Shown: positions 25,935 through 34,932, counted from the stretch's first letter. The stretch: DNA of 42,980 nt from Pseudomonadota bacterium (GCA_043825875.1 JBDRRF010000117.1:1-42980), one strand, 5' to 3'. Notes: a model not told the origin generated them from the sequence alone. Numbers and translations are program-made.

Positions 25935-28059
25935 TGGCCGATCCCCTTACCATAGATTCCCTGCCACCAGCTTGATTAGGGCTTGAATTCGTGCCGCCGT
26001 TTATGTAATTGAGATTGCGTATTCCCTGCCCCATGGTTTCAACGGCCATTGCGTTACCAATGAGATTTTTTGTGGTCTTTGCCATCTCGGCATGAATCCG
26101 ATAATGCTGCTCAATAAGAGCTCGCGCCGGAGTGTTTTCAGGAAGATTGTCATACATGGCCGCGTGAACATGCATATGATGAGGATGATGATCACGCAGG
26201 TTAGGAACGACAGCTTGATTTTGCTCAACCATCAAGCGGTTTTCCTCATCAGGCGGCATTCTCTCTTCTACATTTTCATCGCTCATGCCTCCGCCTAAAC
26301 CAGACATTTGCAACGTCTTGTCTAATTGATCAAATCCAAACAACTCATTCGAATTGGGTATATCGAGCTCATCGATTATGCGCTTCATGAGCCTATCAAG
26401 ATCAATTGTAACAGCGGGGTCTTTTGTCTTGGCATCAGACGCAAGCTGGTAAAGCTGAATCATCTGATTTTGACGCATAGGTTTTGAACCTAGCGCCGGC
26501 GCATTGACCACATTAAAATCATACTGATTTTGTAAAGCCTCTCGGGAGATATCCAGAAAACGATACCGGGTGGCAGATTCATTGTCCAGTACGCGTATAG
26601 ACTGGTCATATGGCTGAAATTGAGCTATGAGCGTAAATACCATCTGGGCGGTACTACGAATCGCACGTTGGATCACTTGGCCCTTGTGTCCAAGGCGCTT
26701 CATAGCCGCTTCCTGTATCAGGCTAATGCCCGTAGCTGTATCATTAAAACCAGTCGATGATCGATGTTGCCCCATGACAAAATCGTTAATCCCGGTTACT
26801 TGTTCTATATCTCTTCGAAGATCTTCTTGAGTCCTAAAAACGGCAGGGTCAAAACTGCCAGGATCTAAAACACGAATGTCATCTTGTTCATTAACATCAA
26901 TTACGCCTGCAGGCCGCCATGTCAATTGAGCCGGATCAATCCCAGCGCCCCTTCTTCTGACGAACATGCGGTTTGTCGTTTGGGAAATATTTTCCAGCAA
27001 TGAATTTCTTATATCGCGCTGCTCTTCAAGAAGTGACTCGCAAAATTCAATATCACCTGAACCATAGAATTCACCGAGCGGAGCGTTTAAACGCGCGTCG
27101 ATATACGGAAATCGGTTATGGAAGAAAGGCGTTTCCTCTGAAAAAAGAATAACAGGCATTCCGCCACTAACGTTATGTTCTCCGCCGGTGAATCCTGCAA
27201 TGACATGATAAAGAACCGTCTTGGCATTTTTGCCGAGCGTTCCTCTGTTCCATCCTTTTGTGAGATAGCCCCAATAATCAACGATCGGGACTTTTCCGCG
27301 CTGCTCAGAATTCGCATTCTGATGCCCGGACAAATCAATTTCTCCCAACCTTTGGTTAAGACCGAAATTTACCGTCGGCATATTGCCCTGAATGACATTG
27401 TCGACATTGCGCCAGCCATTTCCAGATGATTCTTTTTCGCGCAAAGTAGAAGGATCAATCCACATCTCCTCAGCCACAAAACGGCAATCTTCAATACAAG
27501 CCGCATTCGGGTCATGGAGAAAATGATAAATGTCAACAACCCTTGCGCTCGGAGCGTTCTTTAAAATCTCCACTGCCAATTTAGGCTTATATGCTATCTC
27601 GCCATCTTCATTTACATATGGCCTCATTCGTCTCATCCAGCCAGGTCTAAAGTCCCAATCAACCCGCAAGACAGAAGTGCCATATATTAACAATTGCCGG
27701 ATATAATCTTCCAAAAGCTCATAGGTAGAAATGGAATGCTGGAAATGATAATCAATCAAATCTCGTATTGCTTTGGCACTGGCTTGCCCTTGAGGAGTCC
27801 GGCCCAGAACCTCCACAAAATGCCCGCCCTCCATGATCATGTCGATCAGAAACGCGGTTTGCACTTCAACAAGAGAAAACGCTGTGGGTATTGCAACGTT
27901 AGCGGCCGTATCCACATCTTTGGCGTTCACATAATTCTTGTAAAGCCGATAATATGCGTTCCAGTCTTCAATGCGTGGTTGACGGAAATTACTGGCCCAA
28001 GTTACATCACTCTTGATCTGAGCCGCAATCTCGTCATCAGTAAGAAGCATCTTTGACAA
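25912..28059 (-). CDS. Portal protein (P22/SU10-like)
   Basis: 715 aa after the terminase; DPNA..IED.RFV, GEFYG.G, IEQVTGIND..MG and TATGISL motifs. Confidence 0.9.
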   Translation of the reverse strand: MSKMLLTDDEIAAQIKSDVTWASNFRQPRIEDWNAYYRLYKNYVNAKDVDTAANVAIPTAFSLVEVQTAFLIDMIMEGGHFVEVLGRTPQGQASAKAIRDLIDYHFQHSISTYELLEDYIRQLLIYGTSVLRVDWDFRPGWMRRMRPYVNEDGEIAYKPKLAVEILKNAPSARVVDIYHFLHDPNAACIEDCRFVAEEMWIDPSTLREKESSGNGWRNVDNVIQGNMPTVNFGLNQRLGEIDLSGHQNANSEQRGKVPIVDYWGYLTKGWNRGTLGKNAKTVLYHVIAGFTGGEHNVSGGMPVILFSEETPFFHNRFPYIDARLNAPLGEFYGSGDIEFCESLLEEQRDIRNSLLENISQTTNRMFVRRRGAGIDPAQLTWRPAGVIDVNEQDDIRVLDPGSFDPAVFRTQEDLRRDIEQVTGINDFVMGQHRSSTGFNDTATGISLIQEAAMKRLGHKGQVIQRAIRSTAQMVFTLIAQFQPYDQSIRVLDNESATRYRFLDISREALQNQYDFNVVNAPALGSKPMRQNQMIQLYQLASDAKTKDPAVTIDLDRLMKRIIDELDIPNSNELFGFDQLDKTLQMSGLGGGMSDENVEERMPPDEENRLMVEQNQAVVPNLRDHHPHHMHVHAAMYDNLPENTPARALIEQHYRIHAEMAKTTKNLIGNAMAVETMGQGIRNLNYINGGTNSSPNQAGGRESMVRGSANAAAGNA

Positions 28060-28100
28060 AAGACATTCCCCGAAATATAGAGATATATTGTTACGTCAGA

Positions 28101-28130
28101 AGTATAGAACATGGGTTAATCATTTGTAAA
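28101..28130 (-). promoter_or_regulatory. Possible promoter for the portal/capsid operon
   Basis: TTTACA-N18-TATACT in an AT-rich gap upstream of the portal. Confidence 0.45.
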
Positions 28131-28158
28131 TAGTTAATTGCAATTATTTCTAATCGTT

Positions 28159-29724
28159 TTATATGGTTCGGGTTGAAATGCCGGTTTGAAATTTATTACG
28201 GCGATAACGAGTACAATTAGGACGCCTATAAACCTGTAAAGTATTCCGATTCTCAAAAGCAGGTCCAAGCAGCTCTATTGCATCCGTCAATGTGTCTAAA
28301 TAATCATCATATCTACCTTTAGGGTATTCCCGATGCTCCTTTGTTATTATCGCCATATTGGCTTCCTGCTCATGGTAGAATATTTTGCCATTCCGATGAA
28401 ATGGAATAATGCGCCGCTGGCGGTCTTCTTTGGAATTATGGGAATTGCGTTTGATTGGTGTCACTTTGAAATGAAGGCGCCGATCCCGTTTCTCCCGATC
28501 GACGTAATGACAAAGCCAAAGAGAAAAAGCCACCGCCTCGATGCCAACCTCGTTAATCTGAAAAATCTGGGCCATATCCACAATATTCTTAACCAATTCT
28601 TCAGGGAGCCACCATCCCCGCAAAACCTTTCTGACATAAATGTTGGATTTTGAATCCATCGAAAAAACGGAAATAACCGACGGATCTTTAGATTTGTCAT
28701 TCGAAGGAGCTGGGTCAACGGTCATGATTGTGTTTATGGCCATGCCCCTTATTGCGTTATCGTTATAGAACTTAAAGAAAGAAGGAGAAAGAACAGCGTC
28801 ATCATCCGGAATAGGGTCGTTAAGGTATAAACAATTGAAAAGCATATTTCCTTGCGATGAACGGATATGCTCAAGATAGTCAGCATCAAACCTCTCCGGA
28901 AACAGATAGCGAATCTCCGTCCCTCCGGAAGCGGTTGGAACCTTTCGATAGGCCGACGTTATAAGCGGCTTGAAAACTTCTTTTTCTCGTTGCAACGCCA
29001 AGAGGCGCGAATAGGTATCGTCCATGTGCCAGCGGGTGCCGACAAGGTGCACCCATGGATTCCCGTTTAGGTCTCTCCCATCCACCAGCGACAGAGATGT
29101 ATTGTACGCTTGCCAATTCTTGATTCTCAATTCGGGTGTAGTTGTATTTTTATCATCAACAATATCATCATAATGGATGTGGTCAAAATGCCGAGACACA
29201 AGAGCCCGGTCAATGCCGGCCGTCTCAATCGTGGCCTGCCGAATCCAGAGCTTCGTTCTGGCGGGAGTCGTGAACTTTGAATTCGTGCCCTCCTGGGAGC
29301 GCCTTTGAGGGACATGCTCCGGATACAAAGTGCGGAACTTATCATTCGTGATGAAATGCATCCGCATCGAAGTCAAGATGGTTTCGGCGTTCTCCACCGT
29401 ATTGGCCAGGAGCAAAATAGTGATATCGGGCTGCCGGAGTATCAATTGCGCCTTCCCGCCAATGGTAAGCATTGTCGTCTTAAAATGGCCGCGGGGATGT
29501 AAATGAAATTGCGCGTAGTGCCTATTATTGTCATAGAACTTTCCGAGCTGCTTATGGAAAGTACTCATATCCTCGTATTGAAGAATATACCGGCATAGAT
29601 AATAAAGATTATTGCGCCCCATCTCGGCCTCAAGTTCTCTGGCAAGAACAATCTTTTCTCCGGCCTCCATGGCATCCACCACCGAACCATGGTGATGAAT
29701 GATATCCTTCATCGTCAGATCCAC
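28159..29724 (-). CDS. terL: Terminase large subunit
   Basis: PRGHFKTT Walker A, HIHYDD Walker B, GTRWH.DD, nuclease motifs TVDPA and YDDYLD. Confidence 0.93.
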   Translation of the reverse strand: MDLTMKDIIHHHGSVVDAMEAGEKIVLARELEAEMGRNNLYYLCRYILQYEDMSTFHKQLGKFYDNNRHYAQFHLHPRGHFKTTMLTIGGKAQLILRQPDITILLLANTVENAETILTSMRMHFITNDKFRTLYPEHVPQRRSQEGTNSKFTTPARTKLWIRQATIETAGIDRALVSRHFDHIHYDDIVDDKNTTTPELRIKNWQAYNTSLSLVDGRDLNGNPWVHLVGTRWHMDDTYSRLLALQREKEVFKPLITSAYRKVPTASGGTEIRYLFPERFDADYLEHIRSSQGNMLFNCLYLNDPIPDDDAVLSPSFFKFYNDNAIRGMAINTIMTVDPAPSNDKSKDPSVISVFSMDSKSNIYVRKVLRGWWLPEELVKNIVDMAQIFQINEVGIEAVAFSLWLCHYVDREKRDRRLHFKVTPIKRNSHNSKEDRQRRIIPFHRNGKIFYHEQEANMAIITKEHREYPKGRYDDYLDTLTDAIELLGPAFENRNTLQVYRRPNCTRYRRNKFQTGISTRTI

Positions 29725-29957
29725 TACTCGCTCCAGTCTATGAGCTCATAGCGTTCCTGATATTGAATACTGCCAGGCAGAAGGTGAATACTGGTCAATG
29801 CCTTTCCGAGCCTATCCCTTCGGTCCCATTGCGCCATGGGAACGGTAAGCTCGCTCTCGGGCAAGGGCGGCATATTATCCCTATCCTTTTTCATTTTATA
29901 CAGCTTCTTCCCATGCTCCGCTATCTTCCGGACCATCGGGTGATTCGAGTGCATCAT
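29724..29957 (-). CDS. Hypothetical protein (77 aa)
   Basis: GGAGG RBS; stop overlaps the terL start. Confidence 0.55.
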   Translation of the reverse strand: MMHSNHPMVRKIAEHGKKLYKMKKDRDNMPPLPESELTVPMAQWDRRDRLGKALTSIHLLPGSIQYQERYELIDWSE

Positions 29958-30690
29958 CTAAACCGCCTCCAGCACGGTCAACAATCCCTTTTGTAAATTC
30001 GGCCAACTCATCATAATCGGCATCTTTATTCGCCTCTTTGTTAAAATTTGCCAATTGCTCAAAATAAGCTTCGGCCTTAATCGCGGCTGTGGCCTTTGTC
30101 TTTTTCGTCATGGTTTGGAATTCCCTTTTGAGCTTGCCGCGCATGTAAAGAGGATCAATATCCATGAGACTTTTGATACTGGAAAGTGTATCTCTAATTT
30201 CCAAAGTATCGGCCATAATTTCCGATTCGGCCATACATGAAATAACGCGCTCCAGCGCAATGGCCGCACTATTGGCCATCCTCTGGTATACCATTGAATT
30301 CGGTTCAGCGGAAAGCTCATGCAGAATTTCCCAGGTAGCTTCTTTCTGTTTCTCAAGAAACTCTTTGCGACGAGCCTCTATTTTTCCCTTATGTTTATGC
30401 AGATGATAATTAATAACAGGCACAGGCAACATCTCGCCCGTTTCACCAAAAACGCTAAGCTGAAGCCGTCGCATCGTCCGACACATGCCGACAATCATCA
30501 TGGTTTCGACAGTCTGGAGCGCCGTTTCCGAAGCACAGTTGTAAAGCTGCAACGTCGCGTCATCAATATCATAGTCGGCATACATGACAATATTCGACAA
30601 AGTAGGCGCAAGGATGGAAAATCTGTCGTCGTCAATCCTCTCTTCCGGCAACGGCTCAAGCATCATTGACTGTTTCTTTTTTCTGCCCAT
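29896..30690 (-). CDS. Candidate terminase small subunit (264 aa)
   Basis: Position upstream of terL, helical composition, acidic tail; no diagnostic motif. Confidence 0.45.
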   Translation of the reverse strand: MGRKKKQSMMLEPLPEERIDDDRFSILAPTLSNIVMYADYDIDDATLQLYNCASETALQTVETMMIVGMCRTMRRLQLSVFGETGEMLPVPVINYHLHKHKGKIEARRKEFLEKQKEATWEILHELSAEPNSMVYQRMANSAAIALERVISCMAESEIMADTLEIRDTLSSIKSLMDIDPLYMRGKLKREFQTMTKKTKATAAIKAEAYFEQLANFNKEANKDADYDELAEFTKGIVDRAGGGLDDALESPDGPEDSGAWEEAV

Positions 30691-31005
30691 TTATTTCACA
30701 CCGTTCTCATCCAACGGCGATCCCAGAATCCTGCCCTTCTCAGAATTCTTCAGCATGTTCCGGCCGCCGCGCACCGTCTTTGTCCCCAACCACGCAGCCA
30801 TGATAACCGCCAGCACCTCATCCACCATGCCCGCCCCCGGGATCGGGATCAAACCCCCAATCACATCAATGACCCCCAAAGACGCCCCCGCCACCTCCTG
30901 CCCCTCCGGCGTCAGCATAAAATCGCGCAACGACCCACATCCCGCCAAAACCGTCGCAAAGAAAAGAATTGCCGCCCCCATCAACCCATCTCTATAAATC
31001 TTCAA
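30691..31005 (-). CDS. Predicted lipoprotein (104 aa)
   Basis: TTG start gives MKIYRDGLMGAAILFFATVLAGC with an LAGC lipobox; later hydrophobic segment. Confidence 0.65.
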   Translation of the reverse strand: MKIYRDGLMGAAILFFATVLAGCGSLRDFMLTPEGQEVAGASLGVIDVIGGLIPIPGAGMVDEVLAVIMAAWLGTKTVRGGRNMLKNSEKGRILGSPLDENGVK

Positions 31006-31189
31006 TCGCTTTTGCCCCCATAAAACGCCATCCCATCTGTGTCTTGCCCCATTCCTTCTGCATAATACGATTCGCCTTAGTTGCGGCATCCAACGCACCA
31101 CGCGCCTCCACCTCAACCCCCACCGACACCTGACTCGGCCCCAGCTCGTATTCCACCCGCCATTTTTTCTTGACTCCTGTGCCTTTCAT
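30992..31189 (-). CDS. Hypothetical protein (65 aa)
   Basis: KKWRVEY...VEVEARGALDA..KA pattern common in small phage proteins. Confidence 0.6.
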   Translation of the reverse strand: MKGTGVKKKWRVEYELGPSQVSVGVEVEARGALDAATKANRIMQKEWGKTQMGWRFMGAKAIEDL

Positions 31190-31256
31190 AATACAATCAC
31201 CATACCGTAAAATAAAAATAAATCAATACCCCACAACTCACGTTAAGGACAAAAAC

Positions 31257-31508
31257 ATGCCAGGTAATCACGCCACCGGCCAAGAACTCATTAAATTCCT
31301 GCAAGAAAAAGGACTCCAAGACGCCGAAGTCTACATCGCGGCCCATTTCTCCACCAAACAAAATACAGTCTATGTCCCCCTCGATCTCCAAGACCACGGC
31401 AACCCCCACTACAAAATCACACCACCCAACCCGGCCCAGGCCGAACCCGCCACCCTGTCCCTCGGCATGTGGGCCTGCAAAAAAAACAACACCGGACCGC
31501 ATCAGTAA
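31257..31508 (+). CDS. Hypothetical protein (83 aa)
   Basis: AAGGA RBS and ATG at 31257; T..ELI..LQ...DAEVYI pattern. Confidence 0.6.
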   Translation: MPGNHATGQELIKFLQEKGLQDAEVYIAAHFSTKQNTVYVPLDLQDHGNPHYKITPPNPAQAEPATLSLGMWACKKNNTGPHQ

Positions 31509-31551
31509 TCCAAAAATTTTTTGGAAAAGGAAATCGGCATAGAAGAATGAG

Positions 31552-31629
31552 AATGAGAATGATAGGGGAATATGAGAATAGAGGAAGGGATATGAGAATA
31601 GAGGGGGGGAATATGAGAATAGAGGGGGG
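31552..31629. repeat. Tandem purine-rich repeats with about 20-bp period (ATATGAGAATAGAGG core)
   Basis: Exact cores at 31570, 31590 and 31611; degenerate copy at 31552. Confidence 0.9.
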
Positions 31630-31941
31630 TGGCCCTCAACACTCCCCGGGTGCGCGCGAAAAAAAGACGCCTGGCCCCCTGGTCTTAATTTCCTTTCATA
31701 TGAAGTTTCTCAGATATATGTGGACCTCGATATCAAGACATTGGAATATGTGCAGGATGCAATATGAAAAAGCAAACATATGCGTCAACTCTCATGGTTA
31801 ACTGATTCACCTCCAGCCTCAAAATCGCATTAGAATAAACCTACTCATCATATGAACTATTATCGGACGTTATTTTTGACCAACTATCACCTTCCCATAA
31901 ATAACCAACCAATGGCTTTGTCATATATGAATAGAAACTTA

Positions 31942-32160
31942 TGTATCAGCAAATGACGTAAATGCCATAATGTATCCCACTTAGTTATACCATATTCAAA
32001 TAGAAATCAGCAGGAATTGCGCAAATCCTTATTTTGCAGTAGTTTAGGATTTGTGTATCAGCAAATGACGTAAATGCCATAATGTATCCCACTTAGTTAT
32101 ACCATATCTACATAAAAATCAGCAAAAATTGTGCAAGCCCTTGCCCTACAATAGCTTGAC
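31942..32160. repeat. Tandem duplication with 112-bp period and an exact 54-bp core
   Basis: 31942-31995 is identical to 32054-32107; the remainder is degenerate. Confidence 0.92.
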
Positions 32161-32177
32161 TATACCATATCAAACCC

Positions 32178-32307
32178 ATAATAAAAAAAAAGAGACTATC
32201 TATGTGGGGGAAAATTACACATACACACACACACGCACACACATTACCCATTACATGTGCATTTCCTTTTTTTTCCCCACATATGATACTATGTATTTTT
32301 TTATTAT
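32178..32307. repeat. Imperfect inverted repeat enclosing a CA-rich tract
   Basis: ATAATAAAAAA...TATGTGGGGGAAAA pairs with TTTTCCCCACATA...TTTTTTATTAT. Confidence 0.75.
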
Positions 32308-32588
32308 ATATTAGATATAATATAGTAGTATTGTTGATAAATAAGGACTTATGATTATATCAATACAAATACATATAAAAAGGGTCATATATCAATATAA
32401 ATACATATGTATCAACTTAGATATGAGACACTTTTGAGACACTCTTTTAACATAAATACATATGTTCCATTTTAAATATGAGACAAATGAGACACTATTT
32501 CGATTTAATCACATATGTCCATTACCCACATTTCCGCAATTCCCTGATGCAGATCTTCCACTTTTTTTTATTTTTTGCTATTTTTGCC

Positions 32589-32616
32589 TTGACCTTGCAC
32601 CGATATAGTGTATAGT
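32589..32616 (+). promoter_or_regulatory. Sigma70-type early promoter
   Basis: TTGACC-N16-TATAGT with upstream T-tracts, just before the plus-strand gene block. Confidence 0.65.
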
Positions 32617-32670
32617 TGGGGCATGTGAGATGCGAAACGATCCTGAAACTTAAAAAAAAGGAACAGAATT

Positions 32671-32838
32671 ATGAAAGTAGAAAGAATAGAAGTGTACTGG
32701 CACAACTTAAAATCCATCAAAGCCGGAGAAAGAAAGCAGGAACGGCTTGTAAATGATGGATGGAATTTCTGGAAATCTTTGCCCGGATTTTTCCGAACCA
32801 TAGATTTGTACAAAATGGGAGATGAGAAGTCTAAGTAG
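32671..32838 (+). CDS. Small early protein (55 aa, MKVERIEVYWHNLKSIKAGERK...)
   Basis: Not in the ORF track; AAGGA RBS; stop abuts the first repeat motif. Confidence 0.7.
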   Translation: MKVERIEVYWHNLKSIKAGERKQERLVNDGWNFWKSLPGFFRTIDLYKMGDEKSK

Positions 32839-32863
32839 GCCGACGAATTTAACCCTTTGTGAG
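32839..32863 (+). repeat. Intergenic motif copy 1 (GCCGACGAATTTAACCCTTTGTGAG)
   Basis: Near-identical copies at 33537 and 33949. Confidence 0.9.
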
Positions 32864-32885
32864 AGAGTTTTGAAAGGAAAAGAAA

Positions 32886-33536
32886 ATGGATATAAATAAA
32901 GTAGCGACAATAGCCGCAAACACTAACACTACAAGGGAACGCGCCATGGATGTGATAAAGGAACTGGCAGAGCGGATCGATGACAGCAATCTTGACCTGC
33001 TGGCGAGTCTGTACAGTTATTTTTTACCGAAAAGTCCCAAGGTGTCGAAAAAAAACATGTGTGATGATTTTGCATGGGTATGTATGGCAAGTGAGCAGCA
33101 TGACTCGCAATTTAGGTATATCTTATGCAAAGACGGATGGATGTATGCCACGGACGGCAAAAGAGCCCACAAGGCGTCGACGGAAAAAGAAAACGGACTC
33201 TATACTGTGGCTGGAGACAAGGTAAGTGATAATGTAGATCTATCTTGCTTTGTGCGGATTTTTGATGCGCAAAGCTGGGCGGAAAATGCCGTTGCATCAA
33301 GGTTGCATGTAGCAATGATGGAAAAAGATATATTCACATACGTTGATAAGAAGACAAAAAAGGAATGCCAGATTCCGACATATAAATACAACGGCATAGC
33401 TTACAACCGGAAATATGTCAACCAGGCAATGGGAGATTTTACGGTCTCTGCCATTGCCGAAAAAGATAAGCCCTTGTACCTGCAATACGGTAACAGTCGG
33501 TTTGCGCTGGTTATGCCGATTAAGGTTTTCAATTGA
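32886..33536 (+). CDS. Beta-clamp (DnaN)-like phage protein (216 aa)
   Basis: MYATDGKRAH, YNRKYVNQAM and C-terminal KPL...ALVMPIKV resemble DnaN motifs ATDGHRL, FNxxYL and YLIMPIR. Confidence 0.6.
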   Translation: MDINKVATIAANTNTTRERAMDVIKELAERIDDSNLDLLASLYSYFLPKSPKVSKKNMCDDFAWVCMASEQHDSQFRYILCKDGWMYATDGKRAHKASTEKENGLYTVAGDKVSDNVDLSCFVRIFDAQSWAENAVASRLHVAMMEKDIFTYVDKKTKKECQIPTYKYNGIAYNRKYVNQAMGDFTVSAIAEKDKPLYLQYGNSRFALVMPIKVFN

Positions 33537-33563
33537 GCCGACGAATTTTAACCCATTTGTGAG
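33537..33563 (+). repeat. Intergenic motif copy 2
   Basis: GCCGACGAATTTTAACCCATTTGTGAG directly after a TGA stop. Confidence 0.9.
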
Positions 33564-33583
33564 AGTATAAGGAAAAAGTAGAA

Positions 33584-33913
33584 ATGATTGAAAAATTATC
33601 AAAAACGAATAATGAAGACATGCCGTGGATAGATGAAGACGGCTGTTATTGGAAATCAAAATCATCATATCTTCAAACGGAAATACTCGGTTTTTGTGGA
33701 TGTGGAAATCCGGGAGAAATTATGGAATATGTTAAAGAAATGCTGGAAATTCTTGATTCGCAAAACTGGGGTAGTTACGAAAACAAACCGTATATGTTTT
33801 TTGTGTATTGGGCGAATAACAAAGGGTTTGCAGACCATGGAACAACGGCCAGGTGTTCGTGGCTTACCGAAAAAGGGAAAGAAATATTACGGGATATAAA
33901 ATTGTGCATGTAA
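33584..33913 (+). CDS. Hypothetical phage protein (109 aa)
   Basis: AAGGA RBS; LGFCGCGNP and HG...SWLTEKG motifs. Confidence 0.8.
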   Translation: MIEKLSKTNNEDMPWIDEDGCYWKSKSSYLQTEILGFCGCGNPGEIMEYVKEMLEILDSQNWGSYENKPYMFFVYWANNKGFADHGTTARCSWLTEKGKEILRDIKLCM

Positions 33914-33948
33914 AAGAATACGGTCGATTTATAAAAATCCGCGATTAG

Positions 33949-33974
33949 GCCGACGAATTTTACCCTTTTGTGAG
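33949..33974 (+). repeat. Intergenic motif copy 3
   Basis: GCCGACGAATTTTACCCTTTTGTGAG running into a GAGGAG RBS. Confidence 0.9.
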
Positions 33975-33986
33975 GAGAAAACAAAA

Positions 33987-34112
33987 ATGGCAAAGAAACA
34001 AGAAACGCATGACATCGTAACGCTAACCCTGATCGGCACCCTAATCGCCGTGGTACTTGGGATCATCATGTGTATCGTGGTGGCGTCAACGGTAGCGCCT
34101 GATATTTGGTAG
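33987..34112 (+). CDS. Small single-TM protein (41 aa)
   Basis: Not in the ORF track; GAGGAG RBS; MAKKQETHD followed by a long hydrophobic helix. Confidence 0.7.
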   Translation: MAKKQETHDIVTLTLIGTLIAVVLGIIMCIVVASTVAPDIW

Positions 34113-34139
34113 TTATCTACAAAATAAGGAGGAAATGAA

Positions 34140-34535
34140 ATGAATTATCAAGAATTTAAAATAGAACAAAGAAAAGATGTTGACAGTTTTCCTATTGTTT
34201 TTGCTTTCAGTCAAAAACAGCTCGATGAAGGTCTTGCCAAACTGGGCGTAACTCTAAACGAAGTCTTTCGGCTCCCAAGTGGAGGTTTTATCCGGAAGAC
34301 CGACAGTAAAGCATTCCACGAATTGCTCGATCGGCTTGATCGTAAACTATCTGAGGCACTGCTCGACGATGACTTTCTTCTGGAGGCTCTCGAATATGAA
34401 CTGGGGAACCATGAATACTGCATTACTTATGACCCAGTGCCAACGCTTAACGCTCTTGACCTGTCCCTTGACGATGAGCGAGTAGCAAGGCTGTTTTCGG
34501 TGGCGTGTAAAAAATATTTATCATATGCAGGATAG
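34140..34535 (+). CDS. Hypothetical phage protein (131 aa)
   Basis: AAGGAGG RBS; FAFSQKQLDEG and YELGNHEYCITYD motifs that I recognise from phage hypotheticals. Confidence 0.85.
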   Translation: MNYQEFKIEQRKDVDSFPIVFAFSQKQLDEGLAKLGVTLNEVFRLPSGGFIRKTDSKAFHELLDRLDRKLSEALLDDDFLLEALEYELGNHEYCITYDPVPTLNALDLSLDDERVARLFSVACKKYLSYAG

Positions 34536-34546
34536 GAGGAACAAAA

Positions 34547-34732
34547 ATGAAAATCAAAATAGATGCATTAGAATTAATGGATAGGTTAGATAAACTCCGA
34601 CAGGAATATGACGGGAAAAAGCCCAATAGTACCTCTTTACATCAGTTTTTCGAGGGCAGGGCTCGTGCTGTTGAACTTATTACGGATATTGTGAATGAAA
34701 TGATCGATAAGGAGAAAAAAACATGGAGATGA
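34547..34732 (+). CDS. Hypothetical protein (61 aa)
   Basis: AGGAGG RBS. Confidence 0.75.
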   Translation: MKIKIDALELMDRLDKLRQEYDGKKPNSTSLHQFFEGRARAVELITDIVNEMIDKEKKTWR

Positions 34733-34932
34733 GCGCCGAAGAGCTCCAGATGTGGGATGCATGCGGTGAACCTGATACCCATTGCCGGGAATGCTGGGAA
34801 CCCCGATACATGCTCAACGAAGCGGATCTATGTGAACACTGCGCCGACCTGGACACTCAGGAGCCCGACGGAGACGAGGAAAAGGCGCACAGGATCGTAA
34901 AAGAAAGGCAAACCGATGAAAGATACCCCTAA
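34723..34932 (+). CDS. Small Zn-finger-like protein (69 aa)
   Basis: AAGGAG RBS; CREC and CEHC motifs. Confidence 0.7.
   Translation: MEMSAEELQMWDACGEPDTHCRECWEPRYMLNEADLCEHCADLDTQEPDGDEEKAHRIVKERQTDERYP

Noticed and set aside
7740..30669. Many plus-strand ORFs of 60-213 aa opposite the structural genes
   Set aside because: They are antisense shadows of long minus-strand genes with no recognisable motifs
31469..31801. 110-aa ORF with MRIEGG repeats
   Set aside because: It is a translation of the noncoding tandem repeat
31942..32107. CRISPR repeat pair
   Set aside because: There are only two 54-bp copies, the intervening sequence is itself duplicated in degenerate form, and no cas operon is present
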